Assembly: GCA_012295275.1 (NCBI GenBank)
Contig: CM022678.1
Span: forward strand, 10,354,001 to 10,418,000
DNA length: 64,000 nt
From: Chrysomallon squamiferum
Taxonomy: Eukaryota; Animalia; Mollusca
Direction of reading: 5' to 3'
Made by a program: the position numbers and the translations under genes. The notes beneath the pieces were generated by a model, which was not told the origin of the DNA, did not search any database, and saw nothing but the letters and a program-made list of their open reading frames with translations. Of this stretch, positions 38,352-62,734 are shown in pieces; position 1 is the stretch's first letter; each line of letters opens with the position of its first letter.

Positions 38352-39315
38352 AACATACACACACACACACACTGATCAATATTATTTTTATTTGGCATAA
38401 CTGTGACCACTCAGCTATTAATTACAACATGATTAATATGACATCCCGATATGACGTCATAGTATTGACTTTTTATTGCTGAGGTAAGTCTGTTTTTCAT
38501 TTTTATTTATTATTATTAATTATATATATATATATATAGCTAAAAAAGTATAACCTATGAGGAGACGACCGAGGTTTCTTCTCTGTGTACATCAGTACTG
38601 CACTATTTGCTTCTTATAACCGTCAGTAATAAATTATTCATGTGTATTTATCCATTCATTCAAATGTAAATTTGTTTAACATAACATCATAACGTTTAAA
38701 ATCATAAATGTTGGCTTCTCAAACTAATAACCTGAGTCTATTAATGCTATTATATGGGTATCGTTTGTGTAATATATATTTATCCACTAAGTAAATATTT
38801 TGTTTGTTTACCAACACTATGTCAATCAAAAAAGCAAATACAGATACATATGACTCCTATATATTATTATCTATAGAAGTGTTAAAACATAAATATTGAT
38901 TGATTGATTTATTTATTTAAATTGTTAGAATATTATATACACTCAAAGCTGATAATATCAAATGACAATATAAACAAGTATGTGATTTTGTAAGAGTAAT
39001 AAACAACAGTCCATTTGTCTAATTTTGCAGGTAATAACTGTGATTTTTAATTGAGAAATAAATGAGTGGCGTTTACAAAATATCCTTCATACCGCTCGTT
39101 TCATGTGGTCTAAAAGTAAAAAAATAATATAATATAATACAATATAATATAATATAATATAATACAATATAATATAATATAATATAATATAATACAATAT
39201 AATATAATACAATACAATATAATATAAGATAATATGTCGAACGGATCGACTGACGTAACAGACAAATAGAGAGTCAGCCAGACAGATGTATAGACAGGTG
39301 CTTTGAGAGATTTTT

Positions 39316-39422
<107 letters not shown>

Positions 39423-39452
39423 AAATTTAGGTATACAAGTAAATAGTTATTC

Positions 39453-45503
<6,051 letters not shown>

Positions 45504-45869
45504 CTTGACTCGATAATCTAAACTGTATATTTAGATAAAGAAGCGCATCTTGTGAAAGAAAGTAGGTTGTTTTTGACAAGGATAAACTATCACACGTCAC
45601 TATTTAACTCTGGACCATAAAGAAACCTGATCGCATTAAGTAACGCTACGAACAGTAATTAGAACATACGATATGCTGTACAATAGTAGCTCTCAGTACA
45701 AAGTTCTTCATCCTTGTTGTTTTCTTTCTTTGTTCCTTTTGTTTGTTAATATTGTAGATTTTTTTTTTTGTCTTATATTTTACTTTATTTTATTTTGTTC
45801 GTTATAACTATATGGGTCACATCACTCAAACTTACATGCATGATTTTCAGGTATCTCTCTGTTCATAGT

Positions 45870-45934
<65 letters not shown>

Positions 45935-46125
45935 TAACAGGTCGCTTCGACTTTATGAAATGTGAGTGAAAACACGATATCCTGTACAATAGTAGCTCGC
46001 AATACAAAGTCCTTCATACATGTTGTTTTTTTTTTTTTTTTGATTGTTTGTTTGTTTTTGATTTTTTTTTTTTATATATATATTCGTATTGTCCATATGT
46101 ATTTATAGATAGATAAATAGATATC

Positions 46126-46176
<51 letters not shown>

Positions 46177-46653
46177 ACACTGATTAACATTATTTTTATT
46201 TAGCGTAACTGTAAATAAAGAGCTATATAAATAAAATTACAACATGATTAATATACATGACCTTCCGATATGAAGTCATAGTATGGACGTCTTAAAGAGA
46301 GTGATATATTTGTCTCGTAGACAAAGACATGGAACTTTTTATTGCTGAGATAAGTTTGTTTTTCATTTTTATTTATTATTATTAATTATATATATTTGTC
46401 TCTGTTTACATCACAGCCAGACGAAATTCCCAGACGACACTTAATTTTTGAGTGTGTCAAAAAAAAAAAACATTTTGAAATCTTAAGAACGCATTAAAAA
46501 TAGTGTAATTTTCGAAAACATATACATGCATAAATAAAATCTAAAAATTATAAACAATAACAAAAATATAAATTTCTATAATAAAATACCAGAACTTAAT
46601 GTAATAAAATTTTCATTTTACTTCAGTTAAAAACAGTTCAGCTTTACCGTTCT

Positions 46654-47050
<397 letters not shown>

Positions 47051-47753
47051 CTAAGAACAAAATAGAGAGAGAGATACATTTGTACGTATTTGTATGTATG
47101 TGTGAATATATTTAATATGTACTCAGCGTATATATTCATATATCTATGTGTGTATGTGTCTGTGCATGTATGTGTGTGTGAATAAATAAAATATATATAT
47201 ATATATACACACACACATATGTACACACACACACACATATATATACATACATACACACATACACATACACATACACACACGTAGATATACGAATATAAGC
47301 GCATAACACATATTAAGTATATGTATATAGATACTGATATAGATATATATGTAGGTGTAGATATAGATTACCTCTTCTTTGGACCAGGAAGAAACATGAT
47401 CAAAATAAGTAAAGCTACGAATAATAATTAAAATATTATTAGGTCGCTTCGACATTATGAAAACATACGATTGTCGAGGTAAGTCTTTGTGGGGTTTTTA
47501 TTATACATTTGTATTGTTATTACATTGCTGTATATGTCTGTTTGTGTATGTTATTTCGGTTTGATTTGATTAAAACCAGAACTACAATATCTAAAAGCGC
47601 TATTTTTAATTTCATCAAAAATAGTGTAATTTAAGACAAAAACATATATATATATATGTATAATAAAACATCAGAACTCGATATAATAAAATGTTCTTTT
47701 TACTTCATTTAAAAACAAATTCAGTTTCACTTCTACTCTTATCTTTCTAGATT

Positions 47754-50521
<2,768 letters not shown>

Positions 50522-51117
50522 TTTAGACCTTTTCAAGCTTTGCTTCTGCAGAGGATAAAAAATCTAAAAAGACCGACGTCAGAGAAAAATAAATTAAAAC
50601 TGAATTTTATTACGATAATCAAAAAGTTTAATATCACAGACAGAGATTACTATTAATAATAATAATAATAATAATAAATCTAATCTTCAAAACATGTCAA
50701 GAATAAATATAAACACAGTCATATCCTGCCCTCAGTCTTTAGTTGTTACCTAGACGTCCACTTTTCCGTAAAACTGATGTAAATAACCTGCAATAAAAAA
50801 TAACCATCGTTAAACATCGTTTTTTTATTTTTATTTTTTCTATAAGCATACTTTTGAGTCATATTCAGGATAATGAATACAGTTAACGAAACGTCGTCAT
50901 TTAACGTTGTGAATTTCCCTGATTTATTATGACCTAGGTGGCGTTGCTGACGGACATAACGTCGGATGTAATTTTTAATCTAGAAAAATGGCTTAAGACG
51001 AATAGGCCGAAATGGTTTAGAGAAGGGTTTTACTGTAACTATAATATACTAAAAGGTAGAAGTTGAAAAGAGTTGCCTCCCTTAGACCATGAGATGTTCC
51101 TAGGGTTTACGTTAACC

Positions 51118-51704
51118 CAGTGGCTTTCAACCTTTTTTTGCCAACGGCACACCTTGGAACACATGAAAAAATAACGGCACAAACTGGCTAAATATACATG
51201 AAAAATATTTGAATTTTGGCAAGTCATAGACAGTATACAACTGTAAGTCAAGTTCAATGTTGCAAGAATGGTTTATGAAAGGATCTCTAATCCAAGCATA
51301 CCTTTCTAATTTTAATGACGGAAAGTAATTGTTGATGCTTTCGTCCAGGGCTGTCAGATGAGTAAACACAATAGGGATCATTTCTCTAATGCAGGTAGAA
51401 CGCAATAAAGGGAACATATCAAGATTGCCAGTGATTGCTCTTTTTTTCCAAATCACAATTTTCTTTTTGAGGGCAACTAACTCGTCTGTTGAAGTGAGAA
51501 TATTTTCGTTTTTACCTTGCCTACTACTGTTTGTTTTACTTAGTTCACTAAATATTTCTGTCAGGTATTCCATTTTAGACATTAAAAATTCGCATCTAAG
51601 GTATTCACAGAATTTCTGCTGCTTGTCCTCGATAAAAATGATAATAATTCCTTGTGCAGTTCGTGAACACGATTTAGTACTTTGCCTTTCGACAGCCAGT
51701 GAAC

Positions 51705-51710
<6 letters not shown>
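51118..51710 (-). mobile_element. hAT Buster/Charlie-family transposase relic with terminal inverted repeat
   Basis: VHWLSKGKVLNRVHELHKELLSFL (frameshift) ...EYLTEIFSELSKTNSSRQGKNENI...YFPSL..YAWIRDPF, typical of Buster/FAM200/ZBED8-like transposases; end cagtggctttcaacc at 51118 preceded by the nnnTAnnn site cgttaacc. Confidence 0.85.
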
Positions 51711-51740
<30 letters not shown>

Positions 51741-53464
51741 ACACACACATACACACACGCGCACACACACACACATGAGTGTACGGGGTGTGCCTGTGTG
51801 TGTATCACTTTATATGTCTCTCTATCCTCTATTCTGTCTATCTATCTATCTGTCTGCCTGTCTATCTATCTATCTGTCTGTCTGTCTGTCTGTCTGTCTA
51901 CTTCTATCTATCACTCTCTCTATCGTTCGTGCATTACAACTATTATGTAACATGTACATTTCATTGTAATCAGCGAGCTTGATATTCGTACGGGTGCTGG
52001 GAAAGCACAGATGGATGTAGTGACTTAATTTCTGGGCCGCGCATAGACTGGTTGCAGTTTCCAGTCTTGCTTCCCGTTCTCTGTTCCGCTGAACGGACAC
52101 ATGCTTGGACCTTGTCCATACAGGGACTGGGCGGTCTGATTAAATAAATAAATAAATAAATAAATACCACTTTACCTGTTTTGGATAGGCGCCGGCTGTA
52201 CAATTATCACTTTGTCAATGTAAATTTCATCTACTTCAGTCATGTGTAAATATCATCTCTATCAAATTATATGCAAATTTCTCACTACACTATCCTTTTC
52301 TATTTCAATGAAAAATAAAAAAAAAACAAAAAAACACAAAAAAAAAAAAAAAAACACAATAAAAAATAAAAATTCTCCAATTAATCATTAAAAAAAAAAA
52401 AAAAAAAAAAATGAAAAGAAAAAAAAAGGAATATAAAAATGTTAAATGACATCATGCCTGTCACTTCTGGTGTGTTTTTACCTCGAATAAGGCTGTGAAC
52501 GGATAAAGTTTATCAGTGTAAATGATGATAAAAATTTACTAATAATTAGCTGAAATATGCATGCATACATACATACATACATAATCTTTTAAAATAACCA
52601 GATGCTGCTGACATCAACACACTGATAGATATAGACATAAAACTGGAATGGAAATGTAATCACTTTTTATGACAGTTAATATGACAAAAAACAAAATATA
52701 TATATATACATATATATATGTCGACTGGTTTATATAACTTTTATGTTAACTTCATCGATATATTTCCAGATAAAGTGGATTTAAATAGCTGGTCGATTTC
52801 TGTTTATACATATTGAAATAAATATACATTATAAATATAGATATAGTTGTGCTCCAAAAACTCGATAATTCATTTATAACAGAAATGAAATTTTTCAAGC
52901 AATATAAATATGCATTCTGATGTTAACTGCAATAAATCCTTTAGTCATCTTTTTCTTTTAAATATTTCAATGAGAGCGAGACATAGGTTGTCATATAGCT
53001 ATATACATACGTACGTACGTACGTATCTACATACCTCGATGCACAGATACATACCTACATGCATACGTACAAGACAGACAGAGAGATGATATACGGATAT
53101 GCACAGAAACAATTAAACAGCCAGACCTGTAGATCATAATTAATTAAAATAGAAAGTGTTGTGTTCACTATAATTCAATTTCTTTTCTTTTTTTGAATAG
53201 TTATCTGCGTGTATTTTCGTTATTTAAATACTTTTCACATTATTAACATGTTTTATTACTTGCCTAATACATATAAACTGTTATTAACTAAACCACAGAG
53301 ACAGAACTGTCAAATCAGCATTTATTTATTCATCTGACGAAACTGTAAAATTTCCACTAAACTAGAGGTAGGAATTCTGAAAAACTAAATTTAAAGATTT
53401 ATAATGTTAGTCACAAACTATAGAAACCGTATAATTTTGTTTAAGTACATAATAAAGGTAAAAT

Positions 53465-53770
53465 CCTGGTTCAAATATACCAGACAAAGAATGACTGGTT
53501 CAGATCTATCAGACAAAGTATGACTGGTTCAAATCTATCAAAGTATGACCCTGGTTCAAATATATCAGTATGAACTTAGTTAAAATCTAGCAGACAAAGT
53601 CAGACCCTGGTTCAAATCTATCAAAGTATGACGCTGGTTCAAATTTATCAGACTAAGTCAGACCCTGGTTCAAATCTATGAGTTAAAGTATGACTCTGGT
53701 TCAAATCTAGCAGACAAACTATGACCCTCGTTCAAATCTATCAGATAAAGTCTGTGACTGGATTAAATAC
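53465..53770. repeat. Minisatellite, ~23-31-bp unit (gaccctggttcaaatctatcagacaaagtat), ~10 copies
   Basis: Repeated ctggttcaaatctatc cores with variable internal deletions. Confidence 0.85.
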
Positions 53771-55004
53771 TACCCGAAAAAGTAAACCTCTGGTCTACAA
53801 GACAAAGCAAAACCATGACCCAACTCGGTAACAGAGACATGGATAGATCTACCACAAAACAATTAAAATTTCCGGGGAAAACATGAAAAACAAATAGAAT
53901 TATCCGAAAAATAATAACGAAAAACAAGTCGAAATTTCAGAAAAAAGAAAAAAAAAATTGAAAACCAAGCTGAAACTTAATCAATGTAAAACACAAAACA
54001 CGACAATAATGTAAGCAGAAAATGATATCAGCAGAGCAGATGACGCCTTAACAACCGCAACTGTATGTGCAAACAGGATATAAAAACCGTTTAGACGACA
54101 TTTTTGAACATCCACAGTGACAACAAATCGCCATGACACCAATGACACACGAACAATGCGAGCTAGCTATGGTTATGGCACTGGCGGGTGATACCCATGT
54201 CTTTATCACAAGAACCTATACAACACATACAACCTCCATCCAATCAACGTAATCTGACAAACGTTACGTAGTCCTCGTGACGTCATCAGACAGTATATAC
54301 ATATAGTTACTTGATTAGATACACGTCGTTACATACGCAGATAGATACACATATTTACGTAGACGGATAGATAGATACAAATATTTAAAAATACAGATAT
54401 GTAGATATAATAAGAACAATAGATAAATTATATTAAAGAGTTGTTTAGCGTAAATAAACTGACTGTACAGTTTGTTGTTGCGTTGTTGTTGGGGTTTTTT
54501 TGGTGGTGGGATGTTGCTTATTTGTTGTTTATTTTGTCTTTTGTTTTGTTTTTGTTTTTTTAGTTTTTGTTGTTGGTGTTTTATTTATTTTTTGTATTAT
54601 TTGTGTGTGGGTTGTAAGTAAATACAGGAAACAGCTTGCTATTTTCTACAACGATTTATTGACAGAATTTTTGTTTTATATGCACTGACATCTGTTGCAT
54701 AATAAAGTTTGTCAAGAAACAGAACCTTTAAAAACGGGCATAGATTGTATAAGAATGGATATTTCTTATAGGACGAAAGGCACTTTTTTTTCAAATTTAA
54801 TTAATTAGGAATAATTATTTATTTGAAAATAAAGAACAAATGTGTGGAAGGAGTGAAAGGAACAGCCGCTCTTCAATTACGAGACTGTAATCGAAGCAAC
54901 AATCAAAAACAGTCTTGGAAAATGTAAACAAGAAAATATGACTGTTAGAAGAAACATATTTTATAAATAACTGTATCATTTTATTGTAATACATCATTAT
55001 TAGC

Positions 55005-55042
<38 letters not shown>

Positions 55043-55534
55043 GCAAGATGATATTTAAGTTTCCTATTTTGTGTTGAACAATGACAAAATGGTTATTCAT
55101 TCGTAAAATCTAATTGTTCACATTAGCTCCACACACATGGACACACAAACATTTACCTACACACAAACATTATATCGGTTTAATTATATTTCTGTCAAAA
55201 AGGTATTAGTTGTGATATCACTGATAAATGTAATAAATAAGATTTAAAATATCACTTTACCATTAACGAAAGCATGATAAAGCTGTTCAAGTACGTGTGT
55301 GTGTATGTGTGTGTTGGAGTGTGTATGCATGCGCACTGTTATAGATAAGAATAGCTATAAGCAGTATATGTACTTAAAAAAATTATTTTTTTTTTTTTTT
55401 TTTTTTTTAGTGTTTTTGTTGATGATGATGCTGACAGTGTTGTTTTCTGATTCTTGTTCATCTTCTCGTTGTTTTCTAGGTGTATCACACTGGTTTATCC
55501 GGTTTGCACCAATATTTTATTCTTAATTTAGAGT

Positions 55535-55662
55535 ACAGTGGTACCTGTCTTTAGCGGCCACCTACGATGTACGGACACTTTTCCGAGTCAAGACTGTTTT
55601 TCAGTTAATATGCCCTTAGAACAACGGACACCTAGTGAATGCAGACATCATTTTTTTTTTTA

Positions 55663-55712
<50 letters not shown>

Positions 55713-55735
55713 CACTGCTAAAGCGGACAGTCATA
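55535..55735 (+). mobile_element. pogo/Tigger-like DNA transposon or MITE left end
   Basis: ta|cagtggtacctgtctttagcggccacc followed by subterminal cggacac repeats; the right end was not identified. Confidence 0.5.
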
Positions 55736-57437
55736 CCGATTTGGATTTGTTTTCTCAGCTTGTGTACAATACTTTTAAAGATGGCGTCGCCCATTTTGTC
55801 GAATCAGAAAAGCACACGAAACTGCAATCTCCAAACGCTTGCCCGCCAAACCGTGCAAGTTCAGATCATTTGATAAACAATTCTGATAATTCAAACCTTA
55901 AAGATCATTCCATGCGTATCTATGTTTTATAAACTCCGAGTCTTAGCGGACTTTCGAGATAGAAAATAATGTGTGTGGCTAGCACCAATCTCAGCTCTAT
56001 TTCGGTTTCAAAGACAATATTTTAAAAAATAGATATACCATATTCATATTATGCGTTTTACGGTTGAAAAATAAGTTTATCTACATCCGTGTATGAACTC
56101 GATATATTATTTGCAATTGTGTTTTAGAGAAAGCTGTAATGCTTGTTATGTTTGTTTGGGTACTGGTGTGATGGATATAAATAAAGCCTGTAAATTTGTT
56201 TTTTAGGAGGACATCTGCAATCTAAGTCTGACTGGATTTTTGTTTATAATAAAAAAAGAACTGTACAATAAAACTGTACAATTTAAGAAATTTCGATTTC
56301 ATACAATGTATTATTGGGGAGTGCAGTTCTACTATTTCCAAAAGTAAAACAAGCAAGAACAAAAATAAAAGACCGATTTATTTTAAATGCAATCGTTAAA
56401 ACGTGTTGCCTTTGTAACGTAACTACACATCAATACAGTTTATTACCTCTATATTCAAATTTGAAATTTTATACTGGTACAAAAATTAATAAGGCAAGAA
56501 AGAAAAACAAAGATAGTTCCCGTGTTTTACATAGAAAATAACTGGGTTTATAGCCAGGTACCACAGATAATGTAAAAAAATAAGTCTTAAATGATAGCGA
56601 TTCAGAAAAATGACAACAAATATCAATATTTTCTTTCTACAAATTATGTTGATCATACATAGGAAATTATGACATATAAAGGCAACAGGTGGTTTGTAAA
56701 ATGATATTATGTGGACCGGTTTGTGTTTATCTTTCTATAGAGATAAATTAAATGAGTTCATACATACATACATACATACATACATATACACACACACATA
56801 CATACATACATAATTACATACATATACACACACACTCATATATATATATATATATACATATATACACATATACATACGTTACTTTTTGTATTTATCTTTG
56901 AGTTCATACATACACACATACATACATATATACATACATACATATATATATATATAAACAGTATGTATATAAAGGAACGAATCAGTCATTGTGGCATTAT
57001 AAAAGATACAATAATAGCCAATGAATTTTAGAAATAATTTAATATTGTCAAACAATAACAAAGTCTTTTGTACGTTAGCTTAACAACATCAGAGTTAACA
57101 AACAGGATGTCCACCAAGGAAAATATCCATTACCTGTGTTAATAAATTTCAGTGAATCTAGACATGATTGCAAGACATGACGCGAATAAAACCTGCCTGG
57201 GTAACGATCACAAGTCAGATAGTTCAATAAGTATATTAGCACATTAATGTAATTTACGTATTTATGTAATTTACATATTTATATAATTTACATATTAATG
57301 TCATAATAAAAATGTCATTTATCTTTCTTTGTATGCAACGCTCTCTATTTCATAAATAAATATGCACTTTCAAACGAATGTAAATACACATACATACATA
57401 AATACACGAAGAGGCAAATACGCATACACATACGCAC

Positions 57438-57475
<38 letters not shown>

Positions 57476-57685
57476 CGGCAAACATACAGGCAAACACAAA
57501 CCAGATATTACACATTAATATAAAATGTAAAAAAAAAAAACATCATCCATTCGTCCGTAAATCCTTCAACAATTCACGTCCCTGTTGTTATTGTTGTTTT
57601 TGGCTCGTCTTCTGTCGATGGTCTAAACACAGACAGCATTGTAATTTCTAAGAAAATGTCTCCCGTAACAAAATACAGATTTGTT

Positions 57686-59371
57686 TCACGTTATCCAAGA
57701 CCACATTTGCATTTTATTTCCGTTGCAGTCACGGAGTCTTAAAGCAGATGTTCCTGCTACCGCCTCCAGACACTTGTTCCTTGAGCTGAAGTAAATCGTT
57801 TTGTTCTGAAACAGACACGTCGACGACACATGATCAGCTCTTGCTTCTTAGATTCTTTGTTACGGCTAGATTAGTTTTATCACTATTGGTTTAACTTGAT
57901 GGATGATGGTGATAAATAGAACATCATTATCTACGAGTTAATTTTTGACATGCGATTAACTTGACGTAAAGTAATGATTTGTATAAATAGATTTAGTATC
58001 TAATGTCTTAATTTGTGACGTATAAAGGTGATTTTTGTCAAACAGATTGTCACATCTGTATCAAAGTTAGAAATATATTATACCAACATATATATAGTGG
58101 TGTATATAAATACTTATTAACATCGAAATTAAAAGTGATCAGTGTAAAAAAACACAAATATTGTTACATTACAGTTAAATACGTTGAATAATATCCCATG
58201 GTAGTCAAAATATAATGTTTTATATACATATATTTCGTTGACTGAATGAAACGTGAACATATGCCTATTTAAACTGATTAATAATTAAGCCTATGGGGGG
58301 GTTTCTATGAATAATATTTTATTACTATACATAATAACTATAAAGAATTGTTTAAAATTTTAAACACGGGAGGTTTTTCGAAGCATGAATTTGCAGAGAA
58401 ATAATTAACAACAAAAAGTGAATAAACAAAAATACAAACAAACAACAATAAATAAATAAATAAATAACAAATAAAACAAAGAAACAAATTAAATAAAACA
58501 AAACAAAACAAAACAAAACAAAACAAAATAAAGTAAAATAAAATAAAATAAAATAAACAAAACCTTTCCAAAATAACTATATATTATTATTACAAACAGT
58601 AAAGAAATTACCGTACTTACTTCTGTATATGTGAAGTTCTGATTGCCGCCCATCTGATGACAAGAAAACATAATAATTGTATCATCGGATCCATCGCCGG
58701 CATCAAGACAATGTACAAACTGACGTATTTCTGGTATTTTGTCCATGAAATACCAGATCTGAAAATAAAATTCATTCATTCATACATTTATCTACGGAAC
58801 AAATTTAGTTTCATAATTATAAACTTTATTTAAATTCTTTATCGAAATATCTGTGTGTCTAACTAGTCCTAGTATACTCTGACGAGAAGAACTAAGATGG
58901 TAATTTGTATGGATATCGCTGGTTCTGCGTCAGAGATAAATTTTTGGCAATTTCAGTCGATTACTGAGAGGACCCCCTCAAGTGCGTGGCCCTGCAAAGC
59001 CATCACGTGTTAATCAGCTGACCGTTACGTCATGGAATCAGCCTGAATCCATGACGTAACGGTCAGCTGATTAACACGTGACAGCTTTGCAGCGTCACGC
59101 ACTTGAGGGGTGCTCTCAATAATCGAAGATTTCAGACTCGATGATTTTATGAAAGCAGTCTCCGATTCCTACGATACTTATTACTGTACTTTTTATGGTG
59201 TATCAGCGAACTCGAAACTGAACGATCTAAAGCAATCTAGAGACAAAGAAAAGTGTAATTGCTGGAATCGTTGCCAAAACTATATGGAAAGAATTAGCAA
59301 AAAAACAACGGTTAATACCTGTCCATCCAAATGGATACCGGGCTAGTATATATATATATATATATATATTC

Positions 59372-59428
<57 letters not shown>

Positions 59429-59629
59429 CGATGAAATAGCAAACGTCAGCTGATTGGAGAATACAGAAAATGTTATATGTCACCTGATTGGTTGAATTTT
59501 CTACACAAGGTCGCCACACTAGTTTTTTCTCCGAATCAGTATAGTCACCCATTGAATCAATACAGATTTTAGTATGACCGTCATTACGAATCTGAAATTA
59601 AGAAATGAATAAATAAAATAAAATAAAAA

Positions 59630-59674
<45 letters not shown>

Positions 59675-62293
59675 CAACATCAAATTTATAATATTCAAAT
59701 CATCTGAATTCACTCATAAATTAAAATAAACGCGGAAATTGTGCACAGTCTTCAAAAACCCAGTATCTGGACTTGACCTCAGTATGTTTCATTTATAAAC
59801 ACTGACAGCTTAATCATTTCTTCATCTAAAATATTTCCAAGATTATTTTACTTTAACTATTTTTTTTGTTTCTGTAGGTGATTAGAATTTACATATGACG
59901 TGATTATCAATCTAGGGTTACCTGCCCTCGGAACTTTGCCATTGTAGGAATAAATGCGTTAGGGTAAATATTCTTAATATACCAGTCAAAGCTTTTACAT
60001 TTGAGTCGCTTTCTGAGTTCCAGTCTGTCAGAAATATCTCCATAATTAGGCTGTAAACGGAAAAGTATGGTTAGTGTTAGATTTTATTTTAAATGATTGC
60101 TGAAATACAAAGATAATACATAACCAGTGATTATTATAGTTAATATTGGTTGTTTTTCTAATAGTTTCAGATTATGAATGATTCTTAACTGGGACAGTTT
60201 TTTTTTTTTTTTTTTTTGTATCTCGTTTTATTGTTGTTGTTGTTGTTTTTGGGTGTTTTTTTTCGGTGGGGTGGTGTTTATTTGTTGTTGTTTTTTAGGG
60301 GTGGTTGTTGTTATTTTGGTGTTGTTTTTGGTTTTTTACTGAATTTGTTGTTTTTTTGGGGGTTTAACTATTTTTGTTAGATGTTGCTGAAGTAATAATA
60401 TTAGTAATAGAAATAGTACTAGTTGTTATTGCTGCTGTTGTTATAGTGTTATTAGTTGTAGGAATAGTCTTAGTAGTAGAAGCAGCAGCAACAGTAGCAT
60501 TTGAAATGGAACTTATAGTAGTAGTAGTAGTAGTATAGTGACAGTAGTAACAATGGTAGTAGTGGAACTGTAGTAGCAGTAGTAGTAGAATCATCAACAG
60601 CAAATGTAGTACAATAGTAGTAGCAGTAGTAATACCCCGTGTTTTATTGTTGATGATGATGATGTTGTTGTTGATGATGCTATCAGATAAATTAGTATGT
60701 TAAAAGAGATCAACTCACGATCGTGTTTAGTGTATCAAGATAAAGGTGTTTATATTCATCCAGCCACACCATGGCTACCCTGAGTGTATTTTTAACTAAA
60801 CTGCCAGGAATATTGGAGTAGGGGGCGTGACTTCGGAACACGTGACCCACTATAGAACAGGGGATTATTTCCAAAGTTCCCCCACACATCCATATCTAAA
60901 AAAATAAAAACAAAAAATTATAATAATAATAATAAATATAATAATAATAATAATAATATAATATAATATAATAATAATAATAATAATAAAAAATAATAAT
61001 AATAATAATAATAAATAAAATATAATAACAATAATAAATAAATAAATAATAATAAAACCAATAAAAAAGATTCTTATTATTTGTTTTCCTTATAAACGAA
61101 AAATGTGTCTCATTGCTGAAAAGATTAGTCTTAAATGTCATCCTGTCTATTATTTTCTGCAACATCTGAACACAAGTTCAAAGAAACAAACAGCTATTAT
61201 TTAGGTTGATGGACAGAGAGAAGGAAAAACAGATATTTAGGCAATGCACATAGACAGATAGTGAGAAAACTAAAAATATATAAATATTCTAATTACTCGA
61301 AATGATATCTCCAAATTTTCTCCGCCCCAGATATCCATCTTGTCGTCATAAGTTCCGATGTGTTTGAAATAAGCTCTGTTGATTGAAAACAAACCGCCAG
61401 CCATCACAGGAGACCTGAAGAATGATGACAGTCACTTTAATTTAACAAACGATAAACTATCTAATACGTTTTATTTTATTATATCGTAACAGAAGATATT
61501 TATGATTTAATACATCTTATCTTAAATTATAATAATAGAAAAGTATTTATAATTTAATGCATCTTATCTTACATAGAAAAATAGAAAATATTTAGCCATT
61601 CAGTATATTTTGATTTTAACAGAAAAAAAAAAAATTTATAATAAAAATCACAAGATCAATTTTGTATTATTTTTGTATTGTTTTCATGAGCGAACTATGA
61701 ATTCTCTTTATAGAACTTGTGTCTTCGTGAATTAATTATGCACTGTTTTGTATTAATAATGTATTAATTTCATGAATGAATTATGTATTGATTTCATGAA
61801 TGAATTTCTGGTCTTCATGAGTGAATCATATGTATATGTATTTTTATGAATGAATGATGTAGCTTTCATGAATTAATTATACAGTATTCATACTGATTTC
61901 ATTAATGAAGTATATCCATTGTTTTCACGAATACATTATACACTGAATGAATATAATACTGTTTTCATGAATGAAATCTATTGTGTTCGTGAATGAATTA
62001 TACGTTACTTTCGCAAAGGTAACTTCTTTTTTTCGCAAATTAATTACCTATTGTTTTCATGAATGAAATATATTGTACGCAACGAATTATGCGCAGATTT
62101 CTCAAATTAATTACATATTATTTTCGTATTAAGTCCACCTCTTGCTTCAGCAACAAAAATAAATAAGTATGTGTATTAATCTTTGAAATTCAGAAGTAAA
62201 CAAAACAGACGGTAGAAAGTTATTTTCAAGCTATACGGACACACTCTGCAGGAGAATAGTTATATCATAAATGACTCATTTATTTTCTGATTC

Positions 62294-62342
<49 letters not shown>

Positions 62343-62687
62343 GAGTAATACTAATAATAATAATAGTAGTAGTAATAATAATAATAGTAGTAGTAGTAAT
62401 AATAAGAAGAAGAAGAAGAAGAAAAAGAATAACAGTAGTAGTAATTCACCCACTCACTCTAAAGGAAAAATGTCTGATTTACGTTTCGCCATTAATTCGG
62501 GTCTGGCAGCAGCCCAGCCAAACATCATTTTCCAGTCAAAGACGCCCACAAATATATTAGACAGGGGAGCGTCGCTCATTTTGAATGTGTTTTTGTTTAT
62601 GTCTGGAATAACAGGCCAAACCACGTGATTCCAGCCTTCGCTGATACGAGCCATTAATGGTTCCAACCAACCTGTGGGAGGGAGAAA

Positions 62688-62734
<47 letters not shown>

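Noticed and set aside
51127-51774. 215-aa ORF as a domesticated ZBED/FAM200 gene
   Set aside because: It starts in a microsatellite, is frameshifted and internally deleted, and runs into the TIR: a dead transposon.
53465-53770. Regularly repeated ~30-bp units superficially like a CRISPR array
   Set aside because: There are no unique spacers or cas genes and the context is eukaryotic; it is a minisatellite.
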